64,000 bases of DNA from the NCBI GenBank assembly GCA_965209155.1, contig OZ242383.1, positions 3,360,001-3,424,000 on the forward strand, read 5' to 3'. Positions 41,322-51,480 of the stretch are shown here, piece after piece. The stretch's first letter is position 1. Each line of letters begins with the position of its first letter. Origin of the DNA: a bacterium (GTDB taxonomy: Bacteria; SAR324; NAC60-12). Position numbers and translations under genes: made by a program. The notes under the pieces were generated by a model that did no database searches, had not been told where the DNA came from, and saw only the letters and a list, made by a program, of their open reading frames with translations.

Positions 41322-42503
41322 ATGTTGGCTTTAAAAGATTGTTTTATTATCGATATGCTCGCCGAGCAAAAACCAAAACCTGGTAGTTTATTAATTGATA
41401 ACGGAGAAATAGTACAAATTGGTAAAATAAATATTCCGGATGGCGCAAATGTAAAAGAAATTTCCTTGAAGAATAAGTATCTATTGCCCGGACTTATCGA
41501 TTCTCACACCCACCTCTGTATGACTTGTACTCAACACGAACTATTTCATGGAGTTGGCAACTTGGATGATATTTCAATCGCTTTTTACGCAGTTGAGAAC
41601 GCAAAAAATGCGATAAAAAACGGTATCACGTCCGTTCGAGACGTAGGAGGCCAGAATCACATAGAATTGAATTTAAAAAACCTGATCGATTCTGAAAAAG
41701 TTGTCGGACCACGTATTTACAGTGCAGGAAAAGTCATTACGACCACTGGTGGTCATTTATGGAAAATTGGAATCGAAGCTGATTCGGATAATGACGTAAT
41801 AAAAGCTGTAAAAGATCAGATCAAAGCGGGAGGTTGGTTGATAAAAATGATTATTACTGGTGGTGTCTTAACTAAAGGAAGTCAACCACATTTTTTGCAA
41901 TATAATGAAGCACTACTAAAATCAGCAATTCGAACTGCTCATGAACTGGAGAAAAAAGTAACAGGACACATTTCCAACGACATTGGTTTGAACGTTGCTG
42001 TAAAAGCGGGTATCGATTCCGTCGAACATGCAATCCCGGAAAAGTCAGAAATAATCGAGGAAATGATTAAAAAAGGAATAGTCAGTGTCCCCACTATGGT
42101 TACTTACTCCTCATGGTTTAATAGTAAAGATCGTTTAAATGCACCGCAGTATTTTATAGACAAAAAAAATAAACAGGACCCTTATCATAAATTGAATCTT
42201 TTGGAAAACGCGCACAAAGCCGGATTGAAACTGGTCTCCGGAACGGATGCTGGCGTTCCATTCGTACCATTTGGGAATTTAGCAGACGAAATAAAGATTT
42301 TTTCCGAATGTGGATTTTCCAATTACGAGGCGATTTCATCTGCGACATTTTTAGCTTCTGAACTGATAGGGGATCAAAAAATAGGAAAAATAAAAGAAGG
42401 TTGTTGGGCAGATTTAGTCGTTTTTAACGACAATCCCCTGGATAACATTGCTCACTTGAAGTTTCCAACAATGGTACTCAAGGCTGGAAAAATAATATCA
42501 TAA
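41322..42503 (+). CDS. Metal-dependent amidohydrolase
   Basis: PGLIDSHTH, GH, EH and GTDAG motifs. Confidence 0.88.
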   Translation: MLALKDCFIIDMLAEQKPKPGSLLIDNGEIVQIGKINIPDGANVKEISLKNKYLLPGLIDSHTHLCMTCTQHELFHGVGNLDDISIAFYAVENAKNAIKNGITSVRDVGGQNHIELNLKNLIDSEKVVGPRIYSAGKVITTTGGHLWKIGIEADSDNDVIKAVKDQIKAGGWLIKMIITGGVLTKGSQPHFLQYNEALLKSAIRTAHELEKKVTGHISNDIGLNVAVKAGIDSVEHAIPEKSEIIEEMIKKGIVSVPTMVTYSSWFNSKDRLNAPQYFIDKKNKQDPYHKLNLLENAHKAGLKLVSGTDAGVPFVPFGNLADEIKIFSECGFSNYEAISSATFLASELIGDQKIGKIKEGCWADLVVFNDNPLDNIAHLKFPTMVLKAGKIIS

Positions 42504-42604
42504 ATGTCTGTCCTTAAACCTTTTCTTCCCTTAAAAAATAAGAAGCGTCGGTATTCTTCCATGCAGGGATCATATGATTTAAACCGGAGCATCCAACGAA
42601 AAAA

Positions 42605-43576
42605 ATGTCAACGATTTTAAACATCGAAAATCTGGTAGTAAAATTTAAGCTTACCAAGACTGCTGAAATACATGCGGTCAATGATATCAGCGTGTCCCTA
42701 CAAGAAAGGGAGACTTTAGGAATAGTTGGTGAGAGTGGATGTGGAAAAAGTGTTACATTTTTATCAATTCTTGGTTTGATTCCAAAACCTCCAGGATTTA
42801 TTGAATCTGGCAGAGCAATATTCAATGGTAGTGACTTGTTTCAAATGAAATCGGATGAAATTCGAAAAATCAGAGGATCTCAAATTGGTTTTGTATTTCA
42901 AGACCCTATGACGTCGTTAAATCCCGTTCTCAGCATTGGTAACCAACTTTCCGAAACGATTATGCTGCATCAAGGTCTGAGCCGAAATGACGCCGACGCG
43001 TACTCCATTCAACTACTCAATCAAGTTGGCATACCTGAACCCGAAAAACGGTTGAAGGAATTCCCTCATCAGTTTTCAGGAGGAATGAGGCAGCGGGTCA
43101 TGTTTGCAATGGCAATATCTTGTAAACCGAAAATATTAATTGCCGATGAACCAACAACGGCATTGGACGTAACGGTTCAATCTCAAATAATCGACCTCGT
43201 TAAAGATCTCAGAGACAACATTGGCATGGCAGTTGTCTGGATCACGCATGATTTAGGAGTCATTTCGGGATTAGCAGATTTCGTCAACGTGATGTTTGCC
43301 GGCAATATTGTTGAAAAAGCGCCTGTCAAGAAAATATTTTCAGATCCTCAACACCCTTATACCCAGGGTCTGATCGGTTCACTGCCGCATAAATCAACGA
43401 AAAACACTAAGCGATTGACAAATATCCCGGGTGCGCCTCCGGATGGTCTGACATTATCAAAAGGATGTTCGTTTGCGCCAAGATGCACTCTGGCAATGGA
43501 GCGTTGTCATATGGAAATTCCTTTTTTAAAAGATCTTGCTCAAGATCATCACGTCGCCTGTTGGTTGAGAAACTGA
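42605..43576 (+). CDS. ABC transporter ATP-binding protein (DppD-like)
   Basis: GESGCGKS, SGGMRQR and DEPTT motifs. Confidence 0.93.
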   Translation: MSTILNIENLVVKFKLTKTAEIHAVNDISVSLQERETLGIVGESGCGKSVTFLSILGLIPKPPGFIESGRAIFNGSDLFQMKSDEIRKIRGSQIGFVFQDPMTSLNPVLSIGNQLSETIMLHQGLSRNDADAYSIQLLNQVGIPEPEKRLKEFPHQFSGGMRQRVMFAMAISCKPKILIADEPTTALDVTVQSQIIDLVKDLRDNIGMAVVWITHDLGVISGLADFVNVMFAGNIVEKAPVKKIFSDPQHPYTQGLIGSLPHKSTKNTKRLTNIPGAPPDGLTLSKGCSFAPRCTLAMERCHMEIPFLKDLAQDHHVACWLRN

Positions 43577-43587
43577 ATACTATAAAA

Positions 43588-44565
43588 ATGACGCCCCCCA
43601 AAACTATTCTGAAAGTAGAAGATTTAAAGATTCATTTTCCTATACGAAGTGGATTTATAAAAAAAGTAACCGGACATGTGCGGGCTGTCGACGGCGTGAA
43701 CTTGAGTTTGTTTGAAAAAAAAACTTTGGGATTAGTTGGAGAAAGTGGTTGTGGTAAAACAACACTTGGACGTGCAATTCTCAAATTATACGAGATAACT
43801 TCAGGTAAAATATTTTTTAAAGACAGAGAAATAACCAAGATACACGGGAAAGAACTGAGAAAAACCAGAAAACAAATGCAAATGATATTTCAAGATCCCT
43901 ATGCTTCTCTCAATCCAAGAATGACGGCAGGAAAAATCGTTTTAGAACCTTTATTGATTCACGAGAAAAACTCAAAAGACGATAATTTAGCAAAGGTCGA
44001 TAAATTGTTTGAGATGGTAGGATTGAATCCCGAATATACCAGACGATATCCCCACCAGTTTTCCGGTGGACAAAGACAAAGAATTGGAATTGCCCGGGCA
44101 TTGGCATTGAATCCTTTATTGGTCATTTGTGATGAAGCGATCTCAGCGCTCGATGTTTCCATCCAAGCTCAAATTATAAATCTCTTGTTGGATTTACAAA
44201 ATAAATTGGGACTGTCCTTCTTATTTATTTCCCATGATATCAGCATGATTGGTTATTTTTCCGACTATATTGCAGTGATGTATCTCGGTAAGATCATGGA
44301 GTATGGTACGAGAGATAATATTTTTAATGAAACATTGCACCCTTACACGAAGGCTTTACTTTCTTCAGTGCCGGAAATAGATCCCGAAAAAGAAAAAATT
44401 AAAAAAAGAATATTGCTGAAAGGAGATCTTCCGAGTTCATCGAAAAAAATATTTGGATGCGTTTTCAACACCCGTTGCAATAAAGTTGAAGATCGATGTT
44501 TCAAGGAAGCGCCTTTATGGAGAAATCATAGAGCCAATCATTGGGTTGCTTGTCATTTTGCTTGA
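43588..44565 (+). CDS. ABC transporter ATP-binding protein (DppF-like)
   Basis: GESGCGKT and SGGQRQR motifs; ATG at 43588. Confidence 0.93.
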   Translation: MTPPKTILKVEDLKIHFPIRSGFIKKVTGHVRAVDGVNLSLFEKKTLGLVGESGCGKTTLGRAILKLYEITSGKIFFKDREITKIHGKELRKTRKQMQMIFQDPYASLNPRMTAGKIVLEPLLIHEKNSKDDNLAKVDKLFEMVGLNPEYTRRYPHQFSGGQRQRIGIARALALNPLLVICDEAISALDVSIQAQIINLLLDLQNKLGLSFLFISHDISMIGYFSDYIAVMYLGKIMEYGTRDNIFNETLHPYTKALLSSVPEIDPEKEKIKKRILLKGDLPSSSKKIFGCVFNTRCNKVEDRCFKEAPLWRNHRANHWVACHFA

Positions 44566-44586
44566 TCTCTTATTATATCTACGAAC

Positions 44587-44769
44587 GTGAATCAGGAGTT
44601 CAAAAACGTGTCATTCCTGGCTTGACCAGGAATCCAGGGGGGATACTGGCGATATTTTGGATGCCGGATCATCCTGGTCCCGAATCATCCCGGACTTGAT
44701 CCGGGACCAGCATGACACATCAAATTATTAAATTATTGATTTTATATATTATTTCAAATTCTAATGCGC
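44587..44769 (+). mobile_element. Palindromic MITE/REP-like element, copy 2
   Basis: Homologous to 22165-22349; ATATCTACGA at 44575-44584 and 44770-44779 is a possible target duplication. Confidence 0.8.
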
Positions 44770-44789
44770 ATATCTACGAGAAAAATTTT

Positions 44790-45485
44790 ATGATAAAAAT
44801 GAAGAGCTACCCCCAACATCGCTATACCAAACCTCGTGGGGCAACCGATATTATACTGGTCCGTCATGGTCAATCCAGAGCGGCCACACTGGAAGCTCCC
44901 TTTGATTTAGTGGACGGACAGGGCGACCCTGAACTGTCCAGGGAAGGTAGATGGCAAGCATTGCGTTTGAATGAGCGCTTAGCAAACGAGCCGATTGACT
45001 CAATTTACGTAACGAACATGCGTCGCACTAGCGAAACCGCAGAGCCTCTCGCGCATCGTTTGAATTTGATCCCACGAGTGGAAAAGGACCTGCGGGAAGT
45101 GCACCTGGGAGAATGGGAAGGAGGTTTGTTTCGTATCAAAGCTGCAGAACCGGACCCTCTCTACCTGGAACTGTTGCGACAGCAAGACTGGGGGGTCATT
45201 CCTGGGGCCGAGTCCAGAGATCAGCTGTGTTCCCGCGTCTTGTCTGTGATGAAGCGAATTGTGACGGCTCATCCCAACCAAACGGTACTGATTGTCAGTC
45301 ATGGTGGTGTGATTTCCCAGATTCTTTCGCATGTCACTGCGTCTCGCGCCTTTTCTTTTAATTCAGTGGACAACGCCTCTATCAGTCATATCGTGGCTGA
45401 AGGAAAGCAATTGGTATTACGGCGATTCAACGACACCAGCCACCTATCCTCCACTTTCACCTCCGAGTCAGTTCCACTCAGTTGA
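44790..45485 (+). CDS. Histidine phosphatase (phosphoglycerate mutase) family protein
   Basis: LVRHGQS, LREVHLGEWEG and SHGG motifs; the ORF-track start at 44712 lies inside the MITE. Confidence 0.88.
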   Translation: MIKMKSYPQHRYTKPRGATDIILVRHGQSRAATLEAPFDLVDGQGDPELSREGRWQALRLNERLANEPIDSIYVTNMRRTSETAEPLAHRLNLIPRVEKDLREVHLGEWEGGLFRIKAAEPDPLYLELLRQQDWGVIPGAESRDQLCSRVLSVMKRIVTAHPNQTVLIVSHGGVISQILSHVTASRAFSFNSVDNASISHIVAEGKQLVLRRFNDTSHLSSTFTSESVPLS

Positions 45486-45773
45486 CCTTTTATCCACTGT
45501 GCAAACAGATGGCGCGAAGAATCGACAAATTCGCTGAAAACTGACCAGGATCTTAGTAAAGAATGCAACAAGACTGAATGATCTCTCTTACTGAAAAAAT
45601 GGCCGGAAAGCAAGCTCAAATTATTATGGAATAACTGATTTTAAAATTTGCGGATAAGTAACCATTGTGGTAATTTTTCCGCAGAGGGTGCAATCAGATT
45701 TTGAACTCGAAATCTCTTTGACCGGCAGCCAATAGTCAAAAAGGCATGTCACCAGTACGAAAACAACCACATA

Positions 45774-47201
45774 ATGGAAATAAAATCAATGGATTTCAGA
45801 AGTAACAGCGTGGAGGGGTGGGTACAGCGCATCCGTTTGAAGGAATTCTCTGCTCGTGAATTGGTCGAATGCGCATTGCAGAACATCGAAAGGACAAAAG
45901 ATGTTTTGAATGCATTCTGCTCAGTAGCTCCCGAAAAAGCCCTCGAGGAAGCGGAGGCAATCGACAAAAGGCTGATACGTGGCGATGCGGTAGGACGACT
46001 TGCCGGAATACCGGTGGGTATCAAGGATCTCGAAGATGCCAAGGGGTTCGTGACGACTTGCGGATCCGCGCTTCACGTCAACGATGCACCGTCGGAAATC
46101 GACTCACCGTTGGTGGCCCGTCTTAAGTCTGCAGGTTGCATTATTGTCGGTAAAACCAACACCTCGGAGTTTGGTCACAGGGGAGAGACCGACAATCCTA
46201 CGTTCGGCGCGTCTCGAAACCCCTGGAACCCGGATTACAATGCAGGTGGATCCTCCGGAGGTTCTGCGGCTGCCATTGCCGGGGGAGTCTTGCCATTGTG
46301 CACTGGTAGTGATGGCGGTGGCAGCATTCGTATTCCCAGTGGGCTGTGCGGTCTCAGTGGAATCAAGACGAGCCAGGGGCGTGTCCCCTACGGTGGACCC
46401 AAACCACCAGGAAGTGGAATACTCACGCTCAAAGGTCCTATGGCGCTGCGTGCGCGTGATTCCGCTTATGCCTTGGACGCGGTCAGGGGAGATGAAGCGA
46501 CGGATATTTTCGGTTTGCCGAAGGATGGTCCCGACTGGCGGCCTCAGATGGATCAAGACAACAAACCCGAGCGCGTGGTCTTTTCACTTACAATGGGTTA
46601 TGCCAAGGTGGATACTGAAATCGCTGCCATTGTCAGTGAAGCCGTGGCAAAATTGCAGGCCGCGGGCGTGGAGGTGATCGAACGCGAGGACATCTGGGAA
46701 AAGGACCCCTTCCAACAATGGTGGGTTATCTGGACTGCCTCCAGGGCCCGGGCTCATGGTCATCTTCGTGGCACTGCTGATTGGGAGCTTATGGACGAAC
46801 AGCTCCGCCTGACGACTGAGCATGGGTTGGAGAAGATTACCGCAGTGGACTATGTACGGGCTGTCGATGCTTGTTATACTCTGAATAACCGACTGGAGGA
46901 GGTCTTTCAAGACGCACCGCTGATACTTTCACCAACGCTGCGGGGACATGCCCCCAAAGTTGGCAGCCACGAAGGATTAGTCGACGGAGTCCTCTCACCC
47001 GGTTGGGCGGTGGGTTTTACACAGGGGTTCAACATGACCCGAAATCCTGCAGGTACCGTGAATGCAGGGTTCACCCTCTCAGGGATGCCCGTGGGATTGC
47101 AAATTGTCGGTCGGCAGCGCGACGACCTTCGAGTGCTGAAAGCAATGTGCTTTGTGGAGGAAGTCTTGGGCCTTGCTTCAAACGCGCCACATGGAGTGTG
47201 A
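45774..47201 (+). CDS. Amidase signature family enzyme
   Basis: KD, GGSSGGSAA and GSDGGGSIRIP motifs. Confidence 0.92.
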   Translation: MEIKSMDFRSNSVEGWVQRIRLKEFSARELVECALQNIERTKDVLNAFCSVAPEKALEEAEAIDKRLIRGDAVGRLAGIPVGIKDLEDAKGFVTTCGSALHVNDAPSEIDSPLVARLKSAGCIIVGKTNTSEFGHRGETDNPTFGASRNPWNPDYNAGGSSGGSAAAIAGGVLPLCTGSDGGGSIRIPSGLCGLSGIKTSQGRVPYGGPKPPGSGILTLKGPMALRARDSAYALDAVRGDEATDIFGLPKDGPDWRPQMDQDNKPERVVFSLTMGYAKVDTEIAAIVSEAVAKLQAAGVEVIEREDIWEKDPFQQWWVIWTASRARAHGHLRGTADWELMDEQLRLTTEHGLEKITAVDYVRAVDACYTLNNRLEEVFQDAPLILSPTLRGHAPKVGSHEGLVDGVLSPGWAVGFTQGFNMTRNPAGTVNAGFTLSGMPVGLQIVGRQRDDLRVLKAMCFVEEVLGLASNAPHGV

Positions 47202-47239
47202 AGGCAATTCCAAGAATGAAATAGCTCAAAAAAACGCCT

Positions 47240-47908
47240 ATGAACGAATCAATTCACACTGCCGTTGTGACAGGCGGTCATGCTTTTGACGTGGTGGGAT
47301 TTCACCGACTTTTTCGAGGGTTGGAGGGGATTGATGCTTACATTCAGCACATGGACGATTTTGCCAGTTCTTCTCCCTCGGAACGGGACTTTTATGATGT
47401 GGTTCTATTTTATACGATGCTTTTGGAAGAACCAATGGATGACGGTCCACACTTCCGGGGAAAACCCAGGTCGGCGTTGGAACAATTGGACCAATCACAG
47501 CAAGGAATTTTTATCCTCCACCATTCAATATTGGCTTTTCCGGAATGGCCTGTTTGGAATCAATGGGTGGGTATCCATGATCTGAGTTCAGATCTTAAAC
47601 AATTAAAAGTTACCAAACCTGAAACAATTCCGGTGATTGTGGGCGATGCGCAGCATCCGGTCACCAAGGGTATGGAAAATTGGGAGATGCTGGATGAACT
47701 TTACCTGATGAATGAACCGCACTCCAATAGTTCTCCTCTCTTGACCACCAACCATCCTGATAGTATGCGGACATTGGCTTGGACTCGGCATTATAAAGAC
47801 CATCGTATTCTCTGTTGGCAGTCTGGCCATGATGATCAAACGTGGACTAACGCGAATTTTATCTCAATTTTACGTCGGGGTATCCTGTGGTGCGCTTCAC
47901 GAATATAG
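47240..47908 (+). CDS. ThuA-like (class I glutamine amidotransferase-like fold) protein
   Basis: TGGH, HPVT, DELY, LAWTR and GHD motifs. Confidence 0.75.
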   Translation: MNESIHTAVVTGGHAFDVVGFHRLFRGLEGIDAYIQHMDDFASSSPSERDFYDVVLFYTMLLEEPMDDGPHFRGKPRSALEQLDQSQQGIFILHHSILAFPEWPVWNQWVGIHDLSSDLKQLKVTKPETIPVIVGDAQHPVTKGMENWEMLDELYLMNEPHSNSSPLLTTNHPDSMRTLAWTRHYKDHRILCWQSGHDDQTWTNANFISILRRGILWCASRI

Positions 47909-47945
47909 TTGAGATCGTTTTTTTTTAAAGTAAAGAAGTTGAACC

Positions 47946-50201
47946 ATGACAATGACAAATGAACATACAGATGCAAAAACCCCTTACAAATGGGTGGGTA
48001 CCCGGCCAGTGCGACATGATGGGCTCGACAAAGTGACCGGTCGTGCCCGCTTTGCTGCAGATCTGATTTTGCCCAGGATGTTGACAGGCCTTGTGCTGCG
48101 TTCGCCCCATGCCCATGCGCGAATTCTTTCGATTGATACAACGACAGCGGAGGCCATGCCGGGGGTGGAGGCAGTCATCACCGCGAAAGATTTTCCGGAA
48201 CCCGATCGCCAGGACTATGTCTCCCGTAATTTGATGGCACGTGACAAAGTGCTTTACGTAGGGCAGGTGATCGCCGCAGTGGCTGCTCTTACCCGACGTC
48301 AGGCCAAAGCGGCTACTGAGAAAATTGTGGTCCGATACGAGGAACTCCCTCCCGTGCTCACTATCGATGAAGCCATGGCGGAAGACGCGCCCTTGCTTCA
48401 CGACGACTTGATTACTGAAGGAATGGACCCGATACCCACCAAAGCGTCAAACGTTTGCAAACGTACTTTGCATGAACGCGGTGATCTTATGGTCGGATTT
48501 ACAGAAGCTGACCTGGTAATCGAACGGGAATTCTCCACCAAGGTGGTACATCAGGGTTACATTGAACCGCATGCGGCCATAGCGGATACCAGCAAAGACG
48601 GTCGCTCTCACATTTGGTGCTCGTCACAAGGACACTTCATGGTACGTTCGGCAACAGCGAAAATGCTCGGTTGGGAAAACTCTCGTATCAAAGTGACACC
48701 TGCAGAAATTGGTGGTGGATTTGGGGGTAAAACCACCATATATCTTGAACCTTTGGCAGTCAGGCTTTCAGAGAAAGCAAAGCGACCTGTGAAACTGGTG
48801 ATGAGCCGTAGTGAAGTCTTTCAGGCCACCGGACCAACTCCTGCCACCAAATTTCGGATCAAATTGGGAGTGCGCAAAGACGGAAAAATCACGGCGGGCC
48901 AAGCCTGGTTTGTCTATGAAAGTGGAGGTTTTCCTGGTTCATCGGCGCGGACGGGTGCGATGTGTGTTTTCACCCCCTACAATATTCCCAACTTCAAGAT
49001 TGAAGGATTCGATGTGGTGGTCAACAAACCAGTCAATAAGGCCTACCGTGCCCCTTCGTCTCCCATGGGCGCATTTGCAACCGATACGCTCCTCGATGAG
49101 ATTGCTCAAGAGCTCAAAATCGACTCAATCGAGTTGCGTATGATCAACGCGGTGGAAGAAGGTTGCCGCAGACCGGATGGACCAAAATTCGCTCGTATCG
49201 GGTTCAAGGAAACTCTGGAAGCCATTCGCAATCATCCCCATTACAAAATTCCATTGGGCCCCAACCAGGGGCGAGGGGTGGCCAGTGGGTTCTGGCCCAA
49301 CGGAGGCGAAGCTTCCTCGGCCATCGTCAACCTCAATGAAAATGGCACTGCCAGCGTGATAACCGGGAGTCCGGATATTGGCGGAAGTCGTGTTTCGATG
49401 GCATTGATGGCAGCCGAAGAGTTAGGCATTGATGTCCAAACCATCCAACCCATTGTTGCAGATACCGAATCTGTCGGGTACACCGACGTCACTGGAGGGA
49501 GCCGCGTTACTTTCTCCACTGGAATGGCTGTGGTGGAAGCCTGTCGTCTTATCATTACGCAATTATGCGAAAGGGCCGCAATTATGTGGGATTGCAACGT
49601 CGAGGATGTGGAATGGATCGCAGGCAGCGCTCATCACAGAGTGGGCAATGAACCCCCTTTGACGTTGGCCGAGATCACCGCAGAGGCAAAACAGACAGGA
49701 GGTCCCATCTCGGCAACTAAATCCCTGCAAGCCAGTAGGGGAGTCGGTCCTGCCTTCTCCACGCAAGTGTGTGATGTCGAGGTTGATCCAGAAACCGGAA
49801 AAGTGACCATTTTGAGATACACCACCGCCCAGGATGCCGGTACAGCCATTCACCCCAGCTACGTAGAAGGACAGATGCAGGGGGGAGTCGTGCAGGGCAT
49901 AGGTTGGGCGCTCAACGAGGAGTATAACCTCGATGAAAAAGGGAATATGGAAAACCCCAGCTTCCTCGATTATCGGATTCCGGTCACCTCGGATCTCCCC
50001 ATGATCGATACCATTATCGTTGAAGTTCCCAACCCCTCGCATCCTTATGGAGTGAGAGGTGTCGGCGAGGTAGGCATTGTTCCACCTCTTGCTGCCATTG
50101 GCAACGCCATTCATGATGCCACCGGAGTGCGTATGCGTGATCTGCCTATGTCCCCCGTGGCCATTCTCAATGCATTGAATAAACAAAATGGCTCGGGGTG
50201 A
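47946..50201 (+). CDS. Xanthine dehydrogenase family molybdopterin-binding subunit
   Basis: KVTG, GGGFGGK, AYRAP, GQMQGG and RGVGE motifs. Confidence 0.92.
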   Translation: MTMTNEHTDAKTPYKWVGTRPVRHDGLDKVTGRARFAADLILPRMLTGLVLRSPHAHARILSIDTTTAEAMPGVEAVITAKDFPEPDRQDYVSRNLMARDKVLYVGQVIAAVAALTRRQAKAATEKIVVRYEELPPVLTIDEAMAEDAPLLHDDLITEGMDPIPTKASNVCKRTLHERGDLMVGFTEADLVIEREFSTKVVHQGYIEPHAAIADTSKDGRSHIWCSSQGHFMVRSATAKMLGWENSRIKVTPAEIGGGFGGKTTIYLEPLAVRLSEKAKRPVKLVMSRSEVFQATGPTPATKFRIKLGVRKDGKITAGQAWFVYESGGFPGSSARTGAMCVFTPYNIPNFKIEGFDVVVNKPVNKAYRAPSSPMGAFATDTLLDEIAQELKIDSIELRMINAVEEGCRRPDGPKFARIGFKETLEAIRNHPHYKIPLGPNQGRGVASGFWPNGGEASSAIVNLNENGTASVITGSPDIGGSRVSMALMAAEELGIDVQTIQPIVADTESVGYTDVTGGSRVTFSTGMAVVEACRLIITQLCERAAIMWDCNVEDVEWIAGSAHHRVGNEPPLTLAEITAEAKQTGGPISATKSLQASRGVGPAFSTQVCDVEVDPETGKVTILRYTTAQDAGTAIHPSYVEGQMQGGVVQGIGWALNEEYNLDEKGNMENPSFLDYRIPVTSDLPMIDTIIVEVPNPSHPYGVRGVGEVGIVPPLAAIGNAIHDATGVRMRDLPMSPVAILNALNKQNGSG

Positions 50202-50221
50202 ACAGAATATGTTTAAAAGAA

Positions 50222-50980
50222 TTAAGACTTCTGCGTAAGAGGGAGCAACTTGTCGATCATGTTGTTGTGCGCGTCTTCGAGGACTTTCAACTCATTCCGC
50301 ACTTGGATTTGCAGGTCGACTTTGACTTCTTCGGGATCTGCGAAATCCAAATGGTTCAAAGCATAGGCTAAAAGGGACAAGGGACGACATACCCAATATT
50401 GCAAGACCCCATAAAAGATCAACCAAAGGGCTGCAGTTTTAATGAGGGCCCCTGCAACTAACAAAATGAAGCGAATGCGCACTTTTTGAAAGACGATATT
50501 CGTATTGGAATACAAACGCGCTTCTCCTAACTTTCGGTTTTGCCCTTCTCGATTTTGATGGTTAATCATATTGGATTGCGAGAACATTCCCATCACACGA
50601 CCCACCAGTACTTCCCGCCCTTGCCTGTCGACCGTAACCGACTGCCCCTTGGCGTTTATCAAGATTCCCGCGCCAGCCACTATTTCTCCATCCGGATCAA
50701 CAATTTTAATACCAAGAAGGGATGGATGTCGCGCCACCTCATCCAAGACAAAACGAAGTTGTGTGTTGTCGGACCTCTGCAAAGAGTCGACGATTCCGGA
50801 TTGGGCGGCGCCGTACAACAAATCCAAATCCTCCCGGATTTGTTTTTCCGCAGTCCGGTAATCCGTGAGCATCAGGATGGTCGTCACCATCATCGTTACT
50901 AAAAAATAGAAAGCAAACACAACCTTGAAAATCTGGTTGGCAATGGATTGTTGCGCTTTGATTGATCTGTCGTCGGCCAT
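50222..50980 (-). CDS. Two-TM membrane protein with periplasmic domain and terminal HAMP domain
   Basis: Two TM helices; RPLSLL...NELKVLEDAHNNM HAMP pattern; no output domain. Confidence 0.65.
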   Translation of the reverse strand: MADDRSIKAQQSIANQIFKVVFAFYFLVTMMVTTILMLTDYRTAEKQIREDLDLLYGAAQSGIVDSLQRSDNTQLRFVLDEVARHPSLLGIKIVDPDGEIVAGAGILINAKGQSVTVDRQGREVLVGRVMGMFSQSNMINHQNREGQNRKLGEARLYSNTNIVFQKVRIRFILLVAGALIKTAALWLIFYGVLQYWVCRPLSLLAYALNHLDFADPEEVKVDLQIQVRNELKVLEDAHNNMIDKLLPLTQKS

Positions 50981-51027
50981 GAATTTTCCTCCCATGGTAT
51001 GGTTGAATCGAAGCGGTGGAACCCCTT

Positions 51028-51468
51028 TCAATCTCCAGTACTTCCAAAACCTCCGGATCCCCGTTCTGTCTCATCCAGGGAAGCGACAAATTCAATCGTA
51101 CATGGCTCTAACCGGCGCACAATTAATTGCGCAATTCGTTTGTTGAGAAGTTTTTCAGCCGCCGCTTTCGCGTTTCCTCGACCGAGATAACGAAAAGGGA
51201 GGAATATTCGACCACGATAATCCGGATCGATCACCCCCACGCTGTTGGCAATTATGAAATGACTTTTCACGATGCTGGAACGAGGGAGTATTTCGGTATA
51301 ATACCCTCGAGAAATCTGGATAGAAATTCCGGTGTCAAAAAAAAATACCAATTCGTTTAATTGCTCAAAGTTATAAGCGGTGAGATCCAAACCTGCATCG
51401 CTCGCGTGGCTGCGCCTGGGTCGGGACATCCCTTCCAGATGGCATTGAATCTTCAGGTGAGCCGGCAT
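51028..51468 (-). CDS. dut: dUTP diphosphatase
   Basis: DAGLDL, PRSS, GVIDPDYRG and RGSGGFGSTG motifs. Confidence 0.95.
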   Translation of the reverse strand: MPAHLKIQCHLEGMSRPRRSHASDAGLDLTAYNFEQLNELVFFFDTGISIQISRGYYTEILPRSSIVKSHFIIANSVGVIDPDYRGRIFLPFRYLGRGNAKAAAEKLLNKRIAQLIVRRLEPCTIEFVASLDETERGSGGFGSTGD

Positions 51469-51480
51469 CTCAGTTTCCTT

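Noticed and set aside
44712..44789. N-terminal extension of the histidine phosphatase
   Set aside because: It derives from MITE sequence
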